64,000 nucleotides of DNA, from assembly GCA_049322915.1 (NCBI GenBank), contig JBMOPW010000016.1, forward strand, positions 71,971 to 135,970, written 5' to 3'. A program made the translations under genes and the position numbers. Positions 9,648-19,967 of this stretch are shown piece after piece. Below the pieces are notes generated by a model that made no database searches, had not been told where the DNA came from, and worked only from the letters and a program-made list of their open reading frames with translations. Positions within the stretch are counted from its first letter, which is position 1. Every line of letters begins with the position of its first letter. The stretch comes from Candidatus Zhuqueibacterota bacterium (lineage in GTDB: Bacteria > Zhuqueibacterota > Zhuqueibacteria > Thermofontimicrobiales > Thermofontimicrobiaceae).

Positions 9648-10595
9648 TCATTTCACAATGCGCGTGCCGGCCAAACCCTTCATGGCGTCGGTCATTTTTT
9701 CGGTGGAGGTGATGATGCACAGATGCCCGCCGTTCTCGATGAAATGAATGGCGGACTCAATCTTGGGACCCATGCTGCCACCGGGAAATTGCTTTTCGGC
9801 CAGATATTTTTTCGCTTCGGCAATGGTCATCACATCGAGGTCGCGATGGTTCGGCTTTCTGTAATTCAACGCCACTTTGTCCACAGCCGTGAGGATGTAC
9901 AATTCCTCGGCGCCAATATCGCGGGCCAAAATTGCTGCTGCTCGGTCTTTATCCACAACGCCGTCCACGCCCTCGTAAGTGCCGTCCTCTTCGATGTAGA
10001 CCGGCGCGCCGCCGCCGCCGACTGAAATCACAATCACGCCGCGGCTCACCAGATGTTTGATGGTTTTCTTTTCGACAATTTCCAGCGGAATGGGTGAGGG
10101 AACCACGCGGCGATAGCCACGGCCCTCGTCGTATTTGATGGTCCAGTTTCGCTCGGCCATCAGCGTTGGCACCTGCTCTTCCTTGTAAAACGGGCCGACA
10201 AACTTGGTCGGATTCAGTATCGATGGGTCATTCTTATCGACTATCACCTGCGTGACAATGGTCGCCACTTCCCGGTCGATCTTTCGGCGAATGAGCTTGT
10301 TCTGCAGCGACTGCGCAATCATATAGCCCATGCCGCCTTCCAGATCAGCGACGATGACTCCCAACGGAATCGGCGGGACAAGGCGCCGCGATTCTTCCAC
10401 GCGAATGAGCGCATTGCCCACCTGCGGACCATTTCCGTGGGTGATGGCAACATTATAGCCTCGCTCGATTAACTCAGCAACGCCGGCAAGGCTCTGGCGC
10501 GTGTTGGCGAATTGCTGGTAAATATTACCTTCTTCGAATTCCCGGGTGATGGCGTTGCCGCCGAGAGCGACAACGACTGTCTTTGTTGTTTTCAT
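9648..10595 (-). CDS. arcC: Carbamate kinase
   Basis: VVALGGNA, ITHGNGPQVG, PTKFVGPFY, GYRRVVPSP, GGGG, EGVDGVVDKD and GSMGPKIE. Confidence 0.95.
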   Translation of the reverse strand: MKTTKTVVVALGGNAITREFEEGNIYQQFANTRQSLAGVAELIERGYNVAITHGNGPQVGNALIRVEESRRLVPPIPLGVIVADLEGGMGYMIAQSLQNKLIRRKIDREVATIVTQVIVDKNDPSILNPTKFVGPFYKEEQVPTLMAERNWTIKYDEGRGYRRVVPSPIPLEIVEKKTIKHLVSRGVIVISVGGGGAPVYIEEDGTYEGVDGVVDKDRAAAILARDIGAEELYILTAVDKVALNYRKPNHRDLDVMTIAEAKKYLAEKQFPGGSMGPKIESAIHFIENGGHLCIITSTEKMTDAMKGLAGTRIVK

Positions 10596-10775
10596 GGTTT
10601 TAAAATTGGTTTCTATGCAGATGGATAAGACCTGTCCGCAGAGGTGACTGGGTCACTGTGTCGCCCGTCTCGCTGCGGCGCCGGCCTTGATTGTATGGCA
10701 TTGGAGCCGAAAAATAAGAAATAATTTTGCCAAAATCCAGAAAAATATTTCACGATTAAAGTTGACTGGCGCGAC

Positions 10776-12812
10776 TCAAATTTTTTTTATCACGGCAAAA
10801 GTCACGTCATCTTCCTGATTCCGATTGCGCCTCCAGACATCTGCGGCGCGGAATAGCTCCGTAACAATTTTGTCGGCGTCGAGTCGGGCGACATTTTTGA
10901 AAATGTCTTTGACGCGCGGATAATCCAACATTTCCTTCTGCTCATTGAACAGCTCCGGGAATCCATCGGACATCAGCAACAGGACATCCCCGGCCTGCAA
11001 TTCTGTTTCGAAAGAAGGAAAATCGGCCGCCACCGGTCCGCCCAGGAACATGCTTTTCAGGACGACTTCCTCCACCTCGTCCGCAGAGCTGCGATAAATC
11101 AACAGCGGCGGCATGCCGGCGGAGGTGACGGTACAGGTCGCGCCCCTGATTTTCAACAGCGACAGCGCCATGTAGCTATTGCTCAATTTCACCTTCTTGA
11201 TCATTCCGGAGCAAGTCTTCAAAAATTCAGCGAGCCCCATCCCCGGCGCGAATGAGTGGAAGAGACTTTTGATGGTCAAAATCATCATGCCCGCTTTCAT
11301 CCCGTGTCCGGTGGCGTCGCCCACGGCGAAGATGACCGAACCATCTTCGGCGGACAACGAATCGTAGTAATCACCGCCGACTTCTGTGGCAGTCCGCATT
11401 TCAAAACAGATGTCCAGGCCGGGAAAGTCATTGGTGAACCGGGGCAGCATGGATAGCTGGAATTGGCGCGCGTCTTCCAGTTCGCCGGTCTTTCGCTGAT
11501 TATCCACCTCCAATAGTAGCCTATCGATCTCTCGCTCCCTGGCGAGCCGTTCCTGCTCCAGCGTTTTCTGAGATAGCTCTTTCACCTGTATCAATTGCTT
11601 TTCCAGGTTTCGCGCCGTGGCTGCAAAATCGTAAGCCATATCCAGTGACATGGAGAAAATCATGGCGATGAGCCCAATGAGGTAGGGGTAAACGATGCCA
11701 AACACCGGCTGGACGACGTTGAATCCTATCAGAATCTGGTAGGCGACACTGGCGAACAGAATGAGAAAACCGATTCGGATGATCCATACATTGAAGCGCC
11801 CTCTGCTTTTGAGCTTTGTCATGACGCGGAGAATTTCAAGGAACTCGATGATCATGAGAAACAGCGCCATCCGGATGATTGTCGGAGATGATTGAAAATA
11901 GAGCAGCAGCATCATGCCGAGATTCAGCAGGATGATCACCGGCGTATAGTTGGGAAATCGGGGCAAATTCGAATACGTGGTGAATAATCCGAGCAACGTC
12001 GAAAAAAGCATTGCCAGGAAAAAGAGGCGATTGTACAGATACATGGAATAAAAATTGGTTGTCAAGTACGGCTGGAATTGGGCCAGGATAAGCACGGCAA
12101 ATCCGAGCAGCATAATTGCATAAAACAGATTTTCCTTCAGTCGGGGATAGTACAGGAAAATCAGCAGGTGGTAAATGGCAATGATGATCGGAATGAGCGT
12201 GAAGATGAATTTATTGGTCGTGTATTTTTTCAGCATGGCGATGCTTTGATCCAGAGAATCGTCGAAATCGCTGATGGACGCTGCAAAGCCGGCAACGCTG
12301 TTGAACGCGTTGAATTGCAATGCATAATAATTGGAATAGCGAATGGCAATGATATGGTGCGTGCTATCTTTGAACACGATGCTCGTGGGGAAGCGCGAGA
12401 AAAATCGCTGCTCGTCGCGAGACGAAGTGCCTATGACGCCAAATCGCCGGACTAATTCGCCATCGATGAAAATCTCGCAGGCGCCGGCCTGCACTATTTT
12501 TAGTCCCAGCGGCGCATTGATGAGGGACGAATCGATTTTCACATGAAGTCGAAACCAACCGATACCGTTCCAGTTCTTTGCCGCGGCGGTTTCGCCGGAG
12601 AGATGCGTTTCGGAGAACTCCCACGCGCGGTCATCGAATCCGGGCGAGGCGAAGGCAGCACTATCAATCGGGCAGAATTTCCAGCTCGTCGTGAGCCTGA
12701 CAGTCTCGCCTGAGAGGATTTGTTTCGACAGAATGCGGAACGGAGCATCATCCTGGCCGATTCCTGTTCCAATAGTGCAAAAGAGAAATACGATACTGAT
12801 TAGTTTTTTCAA
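10776..12812 (-). CDS. Membrane sensor phosphatase (galactose-binding-like periplasmic domain + 7TM region + PP2C/SpoIIE)
   Basis: Signal peptide, WNGIGWFR, several TM helices, then VGGDYYD, GDATGHG, SDG and DDVT. TTG start at 12812 follows GGAG. Confidence 0.85.
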   Translation of the reverse strand: MKKLISIVFLFCTIGTGIGQDDAPFRILSKQILSGETVRLTTSWKFCPIDSAAFASPGFDDRAWEFSETHLSGETAAAKNWNGIGWFRLHVKIDSSLINAPLGLKIVQAGACEIFIDGELVRRFGVIGTSSRDEQRFFSRFPTSIVFKDSTHHIIAIRYSNYYALQFNAFNSVAGFAASISDFDDSLDQSIAMLKKYTTNKFIFTLIPIIIAIYHLLIFLYYPRLKENLFYAIMLLGFAVLILAQFQPYLTTNFYSMYLYNRLFFLAMLFSTLLGLFTTYSNLPRFPNYTPVIILLNLGMMLLLYFQSSPTIIRMALFLMIIEFLEILRVMTKLKSRGRFNVWIIRIGFLILFASVAYQILIGFNVVQPVFGIVYPYLIGLIAMIFSMSLDMAYDFAATARNLEKQLIQVKELSQKTLEQERLAREREIDRLLLEVDNQRKTGELEDARQFQLSMLPRFTNDFPGLDICFEMRTATEVGGDYYDSLSAEDGSVIFAVGDATGHGMKAGMMILTIKSLFHSFAPGMGLAEFLKTCSGMIKKVKLSNSYMALSLLKIRGATCTVTSAGMPPLLIYRSSADEVEEVVLKSMFLGGPVAADFPSFETELQAGDVLLLMSDGFPELFNEQKEMLDYPRVKDIFKNVARLDADKIVTELFRAADVWRRNRNQEDDVTFAVIKKI

Positions 12813-13192
12813 AAGAGTATCTCCAGTAAAAACGACCGGCCGGAAAATCACGATTGCTGTACAAATCACAGCTATGTTAATTTTGAACAATGTGTCCGGC
12901 GAAATGCATTCACCATTGGCTGCAATAGAAACCAGGATCATCCTGACTGATTTGACAGCGGCGTCAGTTTCAGTGAAAGAATTGCCAGAACATCGCGCTC
13001 AATGTGCAGCCGGGACTGCATCACCATGAGGCCAGGCTTTTGACGCACACACTCCGCGGAGTGGCCCGATTGGCTGGCTGCGGTACAAAACCGATGATCC
13101 GGCCCGGGTCGATGTTCACGTTGAAACTGCATGTGCTGTAGCAATTTCGGGGACAGGCTGTGGAATATGTTTTCATGAATGAACCACCGATA

Positions 13193-14191
13193 CTAATCCG
13201 GGCAATTCTTGAACGGCTGCGCGGCGGTTGGCATTGTCGCGCTGCTGTGGATTCTCGCCTCGATCCGCTCGATGACCGCATTCAAAAAGTCAGACGGCTT
13301 TTTTTTCTGGCCAAAATCCCATTGGCTGGATTTCAGATACACAGACTCCGGCACATAGCCACCAACCGTCCGTTTGCTGATAACGGCTTGAAACATGTCG
13401 TGAAAACGGCTGTCACTCACAGCTTCCGGATAACGACTGAGGATCTCCACGACATGCAAAATATCGTACCAGACAAAAGGCAATTTTAATTTTTTAAAAT
13501 CGCTGCCCATGCCAAAGAGATACGGCTTAATAACCTGACGGCGATCCCATAAATTAAGAAGAGTTTGGATGCCAATCTGTTTTTCCTGGCGATAATCATC
13601 TCCGTGCGTAAGAGAAAGCAGGTGAAGCATCAGGAGGGTGGCGTAGGGACAGGGATCGTCTTTGCGGCCCGGCCCGCGAAACTTACCCAATTCCGCAGAA
13701 GCGAGGCAATGCCAGCCATTTTCAGATACGCGACTGGCAAGATAATCGACAGCTTTTTTCATGGCTGGGTTCAATTCGCCGCTGTTCAATTTTATGGCGG
13801 CGTAGGCAACGAGCGGGGTGTCACAGAGAACCCATGTTTTTATGGGGAGACCTGTCCCGCCAAAGTGCTTTGGAATATTGATCAGGATCTGAAACGGCCC
13901 TTCTTCGGATTGGTTGGACATTATCTTTTCGAGGATATTGGCAATTCCCGGTTCGGCCGAAGTGAATCCTAACTCAGCGAGAAACGACAGTTTGTGAAGC
14001 GGATGGTCGACACTTTTGTGCGACTTGATTTCATCCCCGGGCCAGGCCTGCAATTCAGTGATAATCGACCGGACCCGCTCATCGTCGCAAGTCAGCCTTA
14101 CAATTTCTGCCATTGAATCGAATCGTCTCACAGAATTTCGGTGCAAAAAGAATTTGACGTAAGGTTCATGGTAGTTGAAATCTTCATTCAT
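13193..14191 (-). CDS. Hypothetical alpha/alpha-barrel protein (prenyltransferase/squalene oxidase repeat-like)
   Basis: QSEEGPF, ENGWHC, DDPCPYAT and FKKLKLPFVWYDIL QW-like repeats. Confidence 0.55.
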   Translation of the reverse strand: MNEDFNYHEPYVKFFLHRNSVRRFDSMAEIVRLTCDDERVRSIITELQAWPGDEIKSHKSVDHPLHKLSFLAELGFTSAEPGIANILEKIMSNQSEEGPFQILINIPKHFGGTGLPIKTWVLCDTPLVAYAAIKLNSGELNPAMKKAVDYLASRVSENGWHCLASAELGKFRGPGRKDDPCPYATLLMLHLLSLTHGDDYRQEKQIGIQTLLNLWDRRQVIKPYLFGMGSDFKKLKLPFVWYDILHVVEILSRYPEAVSDSRFHDMFQAVISKRTVGGYVPESVYLKSSQWDFGQKKKPSDFLNAVIERIEARIHSSATMPTAAQPFKNCPD

Positions 14192-14380
14192 AGCGTGTCT
14201 TTATTTGTATATGAATATTTTGAAAATACCGTGCGTCTCATCATTGAGAAGACGTATGGCGCGTGGAAAAATCTGATAAGTTAAGTATATCCCAGGTCCA
14301 TCACAAGGGAAAATCCCGCTGCGAGGTGTACGCTTTGGTCAACGCCTCATCGGAATTGCTAAAAAAGATCTGATTGGGTG

Positions 14381-14420
14381 AAACAAAAATCCCGATGTTG
14401 CAGGTGCAGCATCGGGATTT
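14381..14420 (-). terminator. Rho-independent terminator after the arcE-like gene
   Basis: Stem aaatcccgatgttgca/tgcagcatcgggattt followed by a U-rich tract on the minus strand. Confidence 0.75.
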
Positions 14421-14426
14421 GTAAGT

Positions 14427-15740
14427 TTATTTGAAGCGTTTCAGCACATCTTCCAGCGAGGGTCTGCCAATTTCCTGAAGCGAATAGGACACCCGAACCG
14501 CTGGTTTTTTGATATTTATTATTTTGCGCAGGTCGATGGGAGTTCCAATGATCACCACATCGCAGTCCACGGCATTGATGGTCTGTTCCAGGTCTTTCAC
14601 CTGTTGCGCGCCGTAGCCCATGGCCGGCAGCAGATCTCCGATGCTGGGGTATTTTTCGTAAGTCTCAGCAATTTTGCCAACCACCCAGGGGCGCGGATCG
14701 ATGATTTCGGACGCGCCAAATTTTTCCGCAGCTACAACACCTGCGCCGAAGGTCATTTCGCCGTGGGTGAGCGTTGGACCGTCTTCGACGACCAGAGCAC
14801 GTTTCCCGCGAATGAGTTCCGGGTCTTCAACGCTCAGCGGTGATGCGGCTTCGATGATGATCGCGTTCGGGTTGACTTCCCGGATGCTGGCGCGGACATA
14901 TTCGATATCGTCATAGCCCGCTGTATCGATTTTATTGATGACGACGACATCGGCCATGCGCACATTGGTTTCGCCGGGATAGTAGGTCAGTTCATGGCCG
15001 GCGCGGAGCGGATCTGCAATCACAATGTGCAGATCGGGTTTGTAAAATGAAGTATCGTTGTTGCCGCCATCCCACAGGATGATGTCCGCTTCCTGTTCAG
15101 CCTGTTCAAGAATTGCGCCGTAGTCCACGCCGGCGTAAATGATGGTGCCGTTTTCAATATGCGGCTCGTATTCTTCCATCTCTTCGATGGTGCACTTGTG
15201 GCGCTTCATGTCATCGTAGTTCGCGTAACGCTGGGCTTTTTGCGCGGCCAGATCCCCGTACGGCATGGGATGCCGAACCGCTACCAGTTTTTTACCGTAG
15301 GATTTCAGAATGTCACTGACGCGGCGGGTCGTTTGACTCTTCCCGCAGCCGGTCCGGACGGCGCAGATGGAGATGATCGGGACTTTGCTTTTGATGGCCG
15401 TGGAGTCTGCGCCCAACAGGATGAAATCAGCGCCATTGGCATTTATCAGCGAGGCTTTGTGCATCACTTGTTCGTGGGGAATATCGCTGTATGAAAAAAC
15501 AACACCGTCCACGTGATGTTCTTTGATGAGGTCGACCAATTCTTCTTCCGGGTGAATTGGGATGCCGTTGGGATAGAGTTTTCCGGCCAGTGACGCCGGG
15601 TAGCTTCGGCCGTCGATATCCGGGATTTGAGTTGCTGTGAAAGCTACCACGTCGTACAAATCGTTATCCCGGAACCTGACATTGAAATTATGAAAATCGC
15701 GCCCTGCAGCGCCCATGATGATGATTTTTCTGCGACTCAT
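14427..15740 (-). CDS. arcE: Arginine synthetase (ArcE)-like P-loop NTPase (often annotated cyclic 2,3-diphosphoglycerate synthase-like or predicted GTPase)
   Basis: GAAGRDFHNFN, AFTATQIP, P-loop AVRTGCGKSQT, RHPMPYG, CTIEEMEEYE, WDGGNND and EDGPT. ATG 15740 follows GGAGG. arcC lies nearby. Confidence 0.75.
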   Translation of the reverse strand: MSRRKIIIMGAAGRDFHNFNVRFRDNDLYDVVAFTATQIPDIDGRSYPASLAGKLYPNGIPIHPEEELVDLIKEHHVDGVVFSYSDIPHEQVMHKASLINANGADFILLGADSTAIKSKVPIISICAVRTGCGKSQTTRRVSDILKSYGKKLVAVRHPMPYGDLAAQKAQRYANYDDMKRHKCTIEEMEEYEPHIENGTIIYAGVDYGAILEQAEQEADIILWDGGNNDTSFYKPDLHIVIADPLRAGHELTYYPGETNVRMADVVVINKIDTAGYDDIEYVRASIREVNPNAIIIEAASPLSVEDPELIRGKRALVVEDGPTLTHGEMTFGAGVVAAEKFGASEIIDPRPWVVGKIAETYEKYPSIGDLLPAMGYGAQQVKDLEQTINAVDCDVVIIGTPIDLRKIINIKKPAVRVSYSLQEIGRPSLEDVLKRFK

Positions 15741-16084
15741 AGTACCTCCAGAATGTATGATAGTGGATTGATTATCATTGGATTTATGGAATCGTTCAGA
15801 GTGTACAGGAGAATTGAGAGAATCAATGAGGACGAACCGGGTTTGAAATAGCGCAACGCGAACAATAGAAATTGGATTCACCCAGATGCCCGCTGGATTT
15901 TGGGACATTGCCAGTGAAATCTATTGCTTCGCCGAAATACATGAATGCTCCCAAACACTGAGTCGCCCGATCCGGAAAAATTGAACCAACGTCTAACCGG
16001 GATTTCCACCAGTTCTCCACCACTCCTGTTTTGGCGATACATCAATGTCAGGGACTTCAACTATCAAACATTCTGTGCCAAACT

Positions 16085-17098
16085 TTATGCAGGGATCTCT
16101 TGATTGGAATGAAAAAATTGCAGTCGTTCATAAGTCGATATTCTGTCAAAATAGGAACTTAAAAAATCAATGACTTGCTGTTCAGTCGTCAGTTTGAAAA
16201 GCTCGTTTTTTATGATAGAACTGTGTGGCAGTCCTTTCAGGTACCAGCCAATATGCTTTCGCATCTCACGCACACCGCGCGTGGGGCTGTTCAGTTCGAC
16301 CATGTCATGCAGGTGTTTGAGAATCAGCGCCAGCCGATCCATGTTCGACGGTGGAGACGACAGCGCGCCATTGCGAAGAAGCTGATCGGCGCTTTCAAAA
16401 ATCCAGGGATTTCCCAGACTGGCCCGGCCAATCATCACCATGTCGCAGCCTGTCTCGTCGATCATGCGCTGCGCGTCCTCGGCCGTAACGATATCGCCAT
16501 TGCCAATCACTGGAATGCTCAGTTCCTGCTTTATCCGGCGTATGAGCGACCAGTCCGAGTGACCCCGAAATTGCTCAGCCTTTGTTCGGGGATGGATGGT
16601 CACCGCCCGCACGCCGCATTGTTCCAACAATTTGGCCACATCCATGGCATTGACAGCGTTTTCGTCCCAACCTTTTCTGATCTTTGCCAGTACTGGCACC
16701 GTCGAGGTCCGAACCACAGCTTCAGTGATTCGCCGGAGCATTGGAATGTCCTGAAGCAACGCAGAGCCTGCATTTCGCTTCACGACTTTTTTCACAGGGC
16801 AACCATAATTAATATCAATGAAATCCGGCGAGTGAGAAAGAACAATTTCCACGGCGCGCGCCATGATTGAGGGATCGGATCCAAAGAGCTGAAACCCAAT
16901 GGGGCGTTCCTGTTCCCGAAAATACAGGTAATCCAGTGTCCGTTTATTTTGCTGGACAATGCCGTCGGCGCTGATCATTTCCGTGAAAACAAGCGCCGCA
17001 CCTTTTTCCCTGCAAATGGCCCGAAACGGTGAATCCGTAATTCCTGCCAAGGGCGCCAACACAACTTTTCCATCGACGCGAATTGTTTCGACTTTCAT
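16085..17098 (-). CDS. dusB: tRNA-dihydrouridine synthase B
   Basis: LAPLAGITD, TEMIS, QLFGS, DINYGCP, GSALL, IGNGDI and MIGR...GNPWIF. Confidence 0.92.
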   Translation of the reverse strand: MKVETIRVDGKVVLAPLAGITDSPFRAICREKGAALVFTEMISADGIVQQNKRTLDYLYFREQERPIGFQLFGSDPSIMARAVEIVLSHSPDFIDINYGCPVKKVVKRNAGSALLQDIPMLRRITEAVVRTSTVPVLAKIRKGWDENAVNAMDVAKLLEQCGVRAVTIHPRTKAEQFRGHSDWSLIRRIKQELSIPVIGNGDIVTAEDAQRMIDETGCDMVMIGRASLGNPWIFESADQLLRNGALSSPPSNMDRLALILKHLHDMVELNSPTRGVREMRKHIGWYLKGLPHSSIIKNELFKLTTEQQVIDFLSSYFDRISTYERLQFFHSNQEIPA

Positions 17099-17105
17099 GA
17101 AATGT

Positions 17106-17134
17106 AAGATAAGAACTTAAGTATTAACTTGCAA
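17106..17134 (-). promoter_or_regulatory. Putative sigma70 promoter for dusB
   Basis: TTGCAA-17 nt-TATCTT ending 7 nt before the ATG. Confidence 0.5.
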
Positions 17135-17316
17135 GTGCTTTTTATAGAATTTTATCATAGCGAAAACCGTGAGTTACAAAAGAATACTCTCCCGGCGCTC
17201 ATGCCGTAAAAAAATGTAAGCGCGCGGAAATGATGAGCAACCGGGAGGTCTAAAAACGCGCGTGCTTCCCAGCGAAATGCTCATTATGCGGATTTGGTTT
17301 TTCCAATAGAAACTTC

Positions 17317-17345
17317 TTGACTTTTAGGGCGGCTATTTTTATATT
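17317..17345 (+). promoter_or_regulatory. Putative sigma70 promoter for the polysaccharide operon
   Basis: TTGACT-17 nt-TATATT. Confidence 0.65.
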
Positions 17346-17387
17346 GTTCCACTTTAAATTGATTTTAGTGACAGGGCTTTTCTAAAT

Positions 17388-18668
17388 TTGGAGTATACAG
17401 TGCGAAAAATAGAATTGATAATCCTGCTGAACCTGGTGCTGCTTATTTTGAACCCGGCCGGGTTGTTCAGCCAACTGGCAAATCCAAAACGGAATAAAAC
17501 AACCTCCGCCCGGACGACATCACCGTTCATGTCAAGCGGTGAAGAAAAAATCTCGCTGGAAGAAAAAGGTTTGCCTGTTCCCACAACCCAGGCCCTGGAA
17601 CAAGTGATCAATCCTGATCAATACGTGGTTGGCCCTGGTGATATGTTTTATGTCAACGTCTCCGGTGAAGCCGATTTGATGTTCCCGTCGCAAGTAACCC
17701 CGGAGGGACTATTAATCGTTGAGACGATTGGAATTTTCAAGGCCGATGGAAAGAGATTATCCCAATTGCAGAGTGACATTAGACAGGCGGGAAAAACGAA
17801 ATATAAAATGAAAGATGTGTTTGCCAATCTGGTACAGCTCCGTTCGTTCCGCGTTCATGTCGTGGGCGAAGTGGTGAATCCCGGCACTTACGTTGCGCAG
17901 GCAGTCGATCGGGTATCGGTCGTCATCGATCGGGCTGAATCCCTCACCGACTGGGCGGATGAACGGCACATCGAAATTCGCCATACGAATGGTCAGATTG
18001 ATTCTCTGGATCTATTTCAATTTAAAAAATTGGGTGATTTGAGCGAAAATATCTTTGTACAAAATGGCGACATCATCTATGTTCCGGCAATTGATTTAAT
18101 TCAAAAGACCGTCATTCTCGAAGGGCTGGTCAGACAGCCGGGGATTCATCAGATTACTGAAAACGAGTCTCTGAGTAGTTTCCTGCTGCGCGTCGATGCA
18201 TTCAATCGCTCGTTGGATCCGCAGAATATTTATGTCGTGAGGCAAGGCGAGAAGGGTGAAAAGAAGATATTTAACATAAATTTACTGGGTTCAAAAAATG
18301 GGAACAAGGATCAACGACCGGTGGATGTCGCTTTACAAAATGGTGATCATATTTTCGTCCCATCATTAAAGAACAGGGTTTATGTCCACGGTGCGGTGAA
18401 TATCCCCGGCGGTTATTCCTATATGGCAGGATTCAAAATTCAGGATTATGTCGGGCTGGCTGGCGGCACCACTGAAATGGGAAATGTCAAGGGCATTAAG
18501 GTCATTCACCTACGCGATAATTCAGTGGAGCAGGGAATGGATGTGGCAGTCGATCGTGGCGATACAATCATTGTGCCCCTGTCGTTCCGCAAGGAATTTG
18601 CCGAGTACTTGCAGATTTTTTCGGGACTGGCTACGCTGGTCTTTGCATTTATGGCAGCGCAGAACTAA
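17388..18668 (+). CDS. Polysaccharide export protein (OPX/Wza-like, multiple SLBB domains)
   Basis: Signal peptide, YVVGPGD, VHVVGEVVNPGTY, LQNGDHIFVP, VYVHGAVNIPG and GDTIIVP. Exact start uncertain. Confidence 0.85.
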   Translation: MEYTVRKIELIILLNLVLLILNPAGLFSQLANPKRNKTTSARTTSPFMSSGEEKISLEEKGLPVPTTQALEQVINPDQYVVGPGDMFYVNVSGEADLMFPSQVTPEGLLIVETIGIFKADGKRLSQLQSDIRQAGKTKYKMKDVFANLVQLRSFRVHVVGEVVNPGTYVAQAVDRVSVVIDRAESLTDWADERHIEIRHTNGQIDSLDLFQFKKLGDLSENIFVQNGDIIYVPAIDLIQKTVILEGLVRQPGIHQITENESLSSFLLRVDAFNRSLDPQNIYVVRQGEKGEKKIFNINLLGSKNGNKDQRPVDVALQNGDHIFVPSLKNRVYVHGAVNIPGGYSYMAGFKIQDYVGLAGGTTEMGNVKGIKVIHLRDNSVEQGMDVAVDRGDTIIVPLSFRKEFAEYLQIFSGLATLVFAFMAAQN

Positions 18669-18693
18669 TTCTTATGCCCCCAACTATTTAAAA

Positions 18694-19956
18694 ATGAAAG
18701 CGAAAATGGAAAAGCGAAAAATCACTACTTTAGATTATCTATCTATATTGGTCAAGTGGCGAAAAATGATAATTATTAACAGCCTGATATTCTGCTTTTT
18801 TGTTGCCGTTGTGAGTTTAATTATTCCAAAATACTACACAGCCACTGCCACCATTATGCCGCCGACAAGTGAGAGCAGTGATTTAGGCCTGTCATCTTTA
18901 TTAAGCAAAATACCTGGCGGTAGTTTCACCGCTAATATGGGATTAGTATCGGAAGAGACAAATACATTCTTAGCGATTTTAAATAGTCGATCAGTCATGC
19001 AGAATGTGATAGAGAAATTTAATCTAATTCAAAGGTTTAAAAGCAAAAATATAGAAGAAGCGGTCAGAACATTAAGTCAATTAGTCGTTGTCAAAGTAAA
19101 TGACGAAGGCACTATTTCTCTTTCAATGAAAATCAACACTCCTTTTTTTGCAGGAAAAACAAAGGAGCGTGAAGCGGCTGAACTTGCAAAGGACATTGCC
19201 AATTACTTTTTAATTGAACTTGATCGAGTCAATCGAGAACTGAAAACTGACAAAGCTCGGAGTACACGCATTTTCATTGAGCGCCGTTATCATCAAAATC
19301 TTGTTGACTTAATAAAAGCAGAAGATGATTTTCGATCCTTTCAAATACAATATGGTGCCATTTCTCTGCCAGAACAGGTAGAAGTTGGCATAACGGCAGC
19401 TGCTGAGTTGAAGGCTCAAATCATTTCCAAACAAGTCGAACTTGGAGTGATGAAAAAATATTTAAGTGAAAGTCACCAGGAATTCATGAAAACCCAATCT
19501 CAATTACAGGAGTTGGAGAGCAAGTACAACGATTTTCGATACGGCACCAAACTGGATAAGAATAATTCTATTAACTCTCAGTCGTTAGATCTATTTCCTC
19601 CATTTTCTGACATCCCTGATCTGGGCATTCAATACGCGCGATTATATCGTGAAGTAAAATTGCAGGAAACGCTCTTAGAATTTATTCTTCCCCAGTACGA
19701 ACAAGCGAAAATACAAGAAGCAAAGGACACCCCAACCGTTCAAGTCCTCGATAAAGCGATCGCACCCATCAAACGTTCCAGTCCAAAAAGAATGCTGCTG
19801 GTTTTAGCTTCGGGAATTATCAGTTTGTTGTTCTTTTCCATGATGGCATATATAGCTGTAAATCTTGAATACATCAAGCAGTCAGATTCAAATCGCTATA
19901 GTCGCATTCAACAGATTTTTGTCGATCTGAAGCCCAATAACTGGTTTAGAAAATAG
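18694..19956 (+). CDS. Polysaccharide co-polymerase / chain-length determinant (Wzz/GNVR domain)
   Basis: N-terminal TM, PKYYTATATIMPP, coiled coil, and VQVLDKAIAPIKRSSPKR followed by a C-terminal TM. Confidence 0.85.
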   Translation: MKAKMEKRKITTLDYLSILVKWRKMIIINSLIFCFFVAVVSLIIPKYYTATATIMPPTSESSDLGLSSLLSKIPGGSFTANMGLVSEETNTFLAILNSRSVMQNVIEKFNLIQRFKSKNIEEAVRTLSQLVVVKVNDEGTISLSMKINTPFFAGKTKEREAAELAKDIANYFLIELDRVNRELKTDKARSTRIFIERRYHQNLVDLIKAEDDFRSFQIQYGAISLPEQVEVGITAAAELKAQIISKQVELGVMKKYLSESHQEFMKTQSQLQELESKYNDFRYGTKLDKNNSINSQSLDLFPPFSDIPDLGIQYARLYREVKLQETLLEFILPQYEQAKIQEAKDTPTVQVLDKAIAPIKRSSPKRMLLVLASGIISLLFFSMMAYIAVNLEYIKQSDSNRYSRIQQIFVDLKPNNWFRK

Positions 19957-19967
19957 ATCGAAATTTT

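Noticed and set aside
14427..15740. Cyclic 2,3-diphosphoglycerate synthetase
   Set aside because: No 2-phosphoglycerate kinase is nearby. The GAAGRDFHNFN N-terminus and proximity to arcC favour the ArcE-like subgroup, although this is not formally excluded.
15741..16084. ArgR box or riboswitch upstream of the arcE-like gene
   Set aside because: No convincing palindrome or known aptamer consensus could be recognised by eye. An Rfam scan would be needed.
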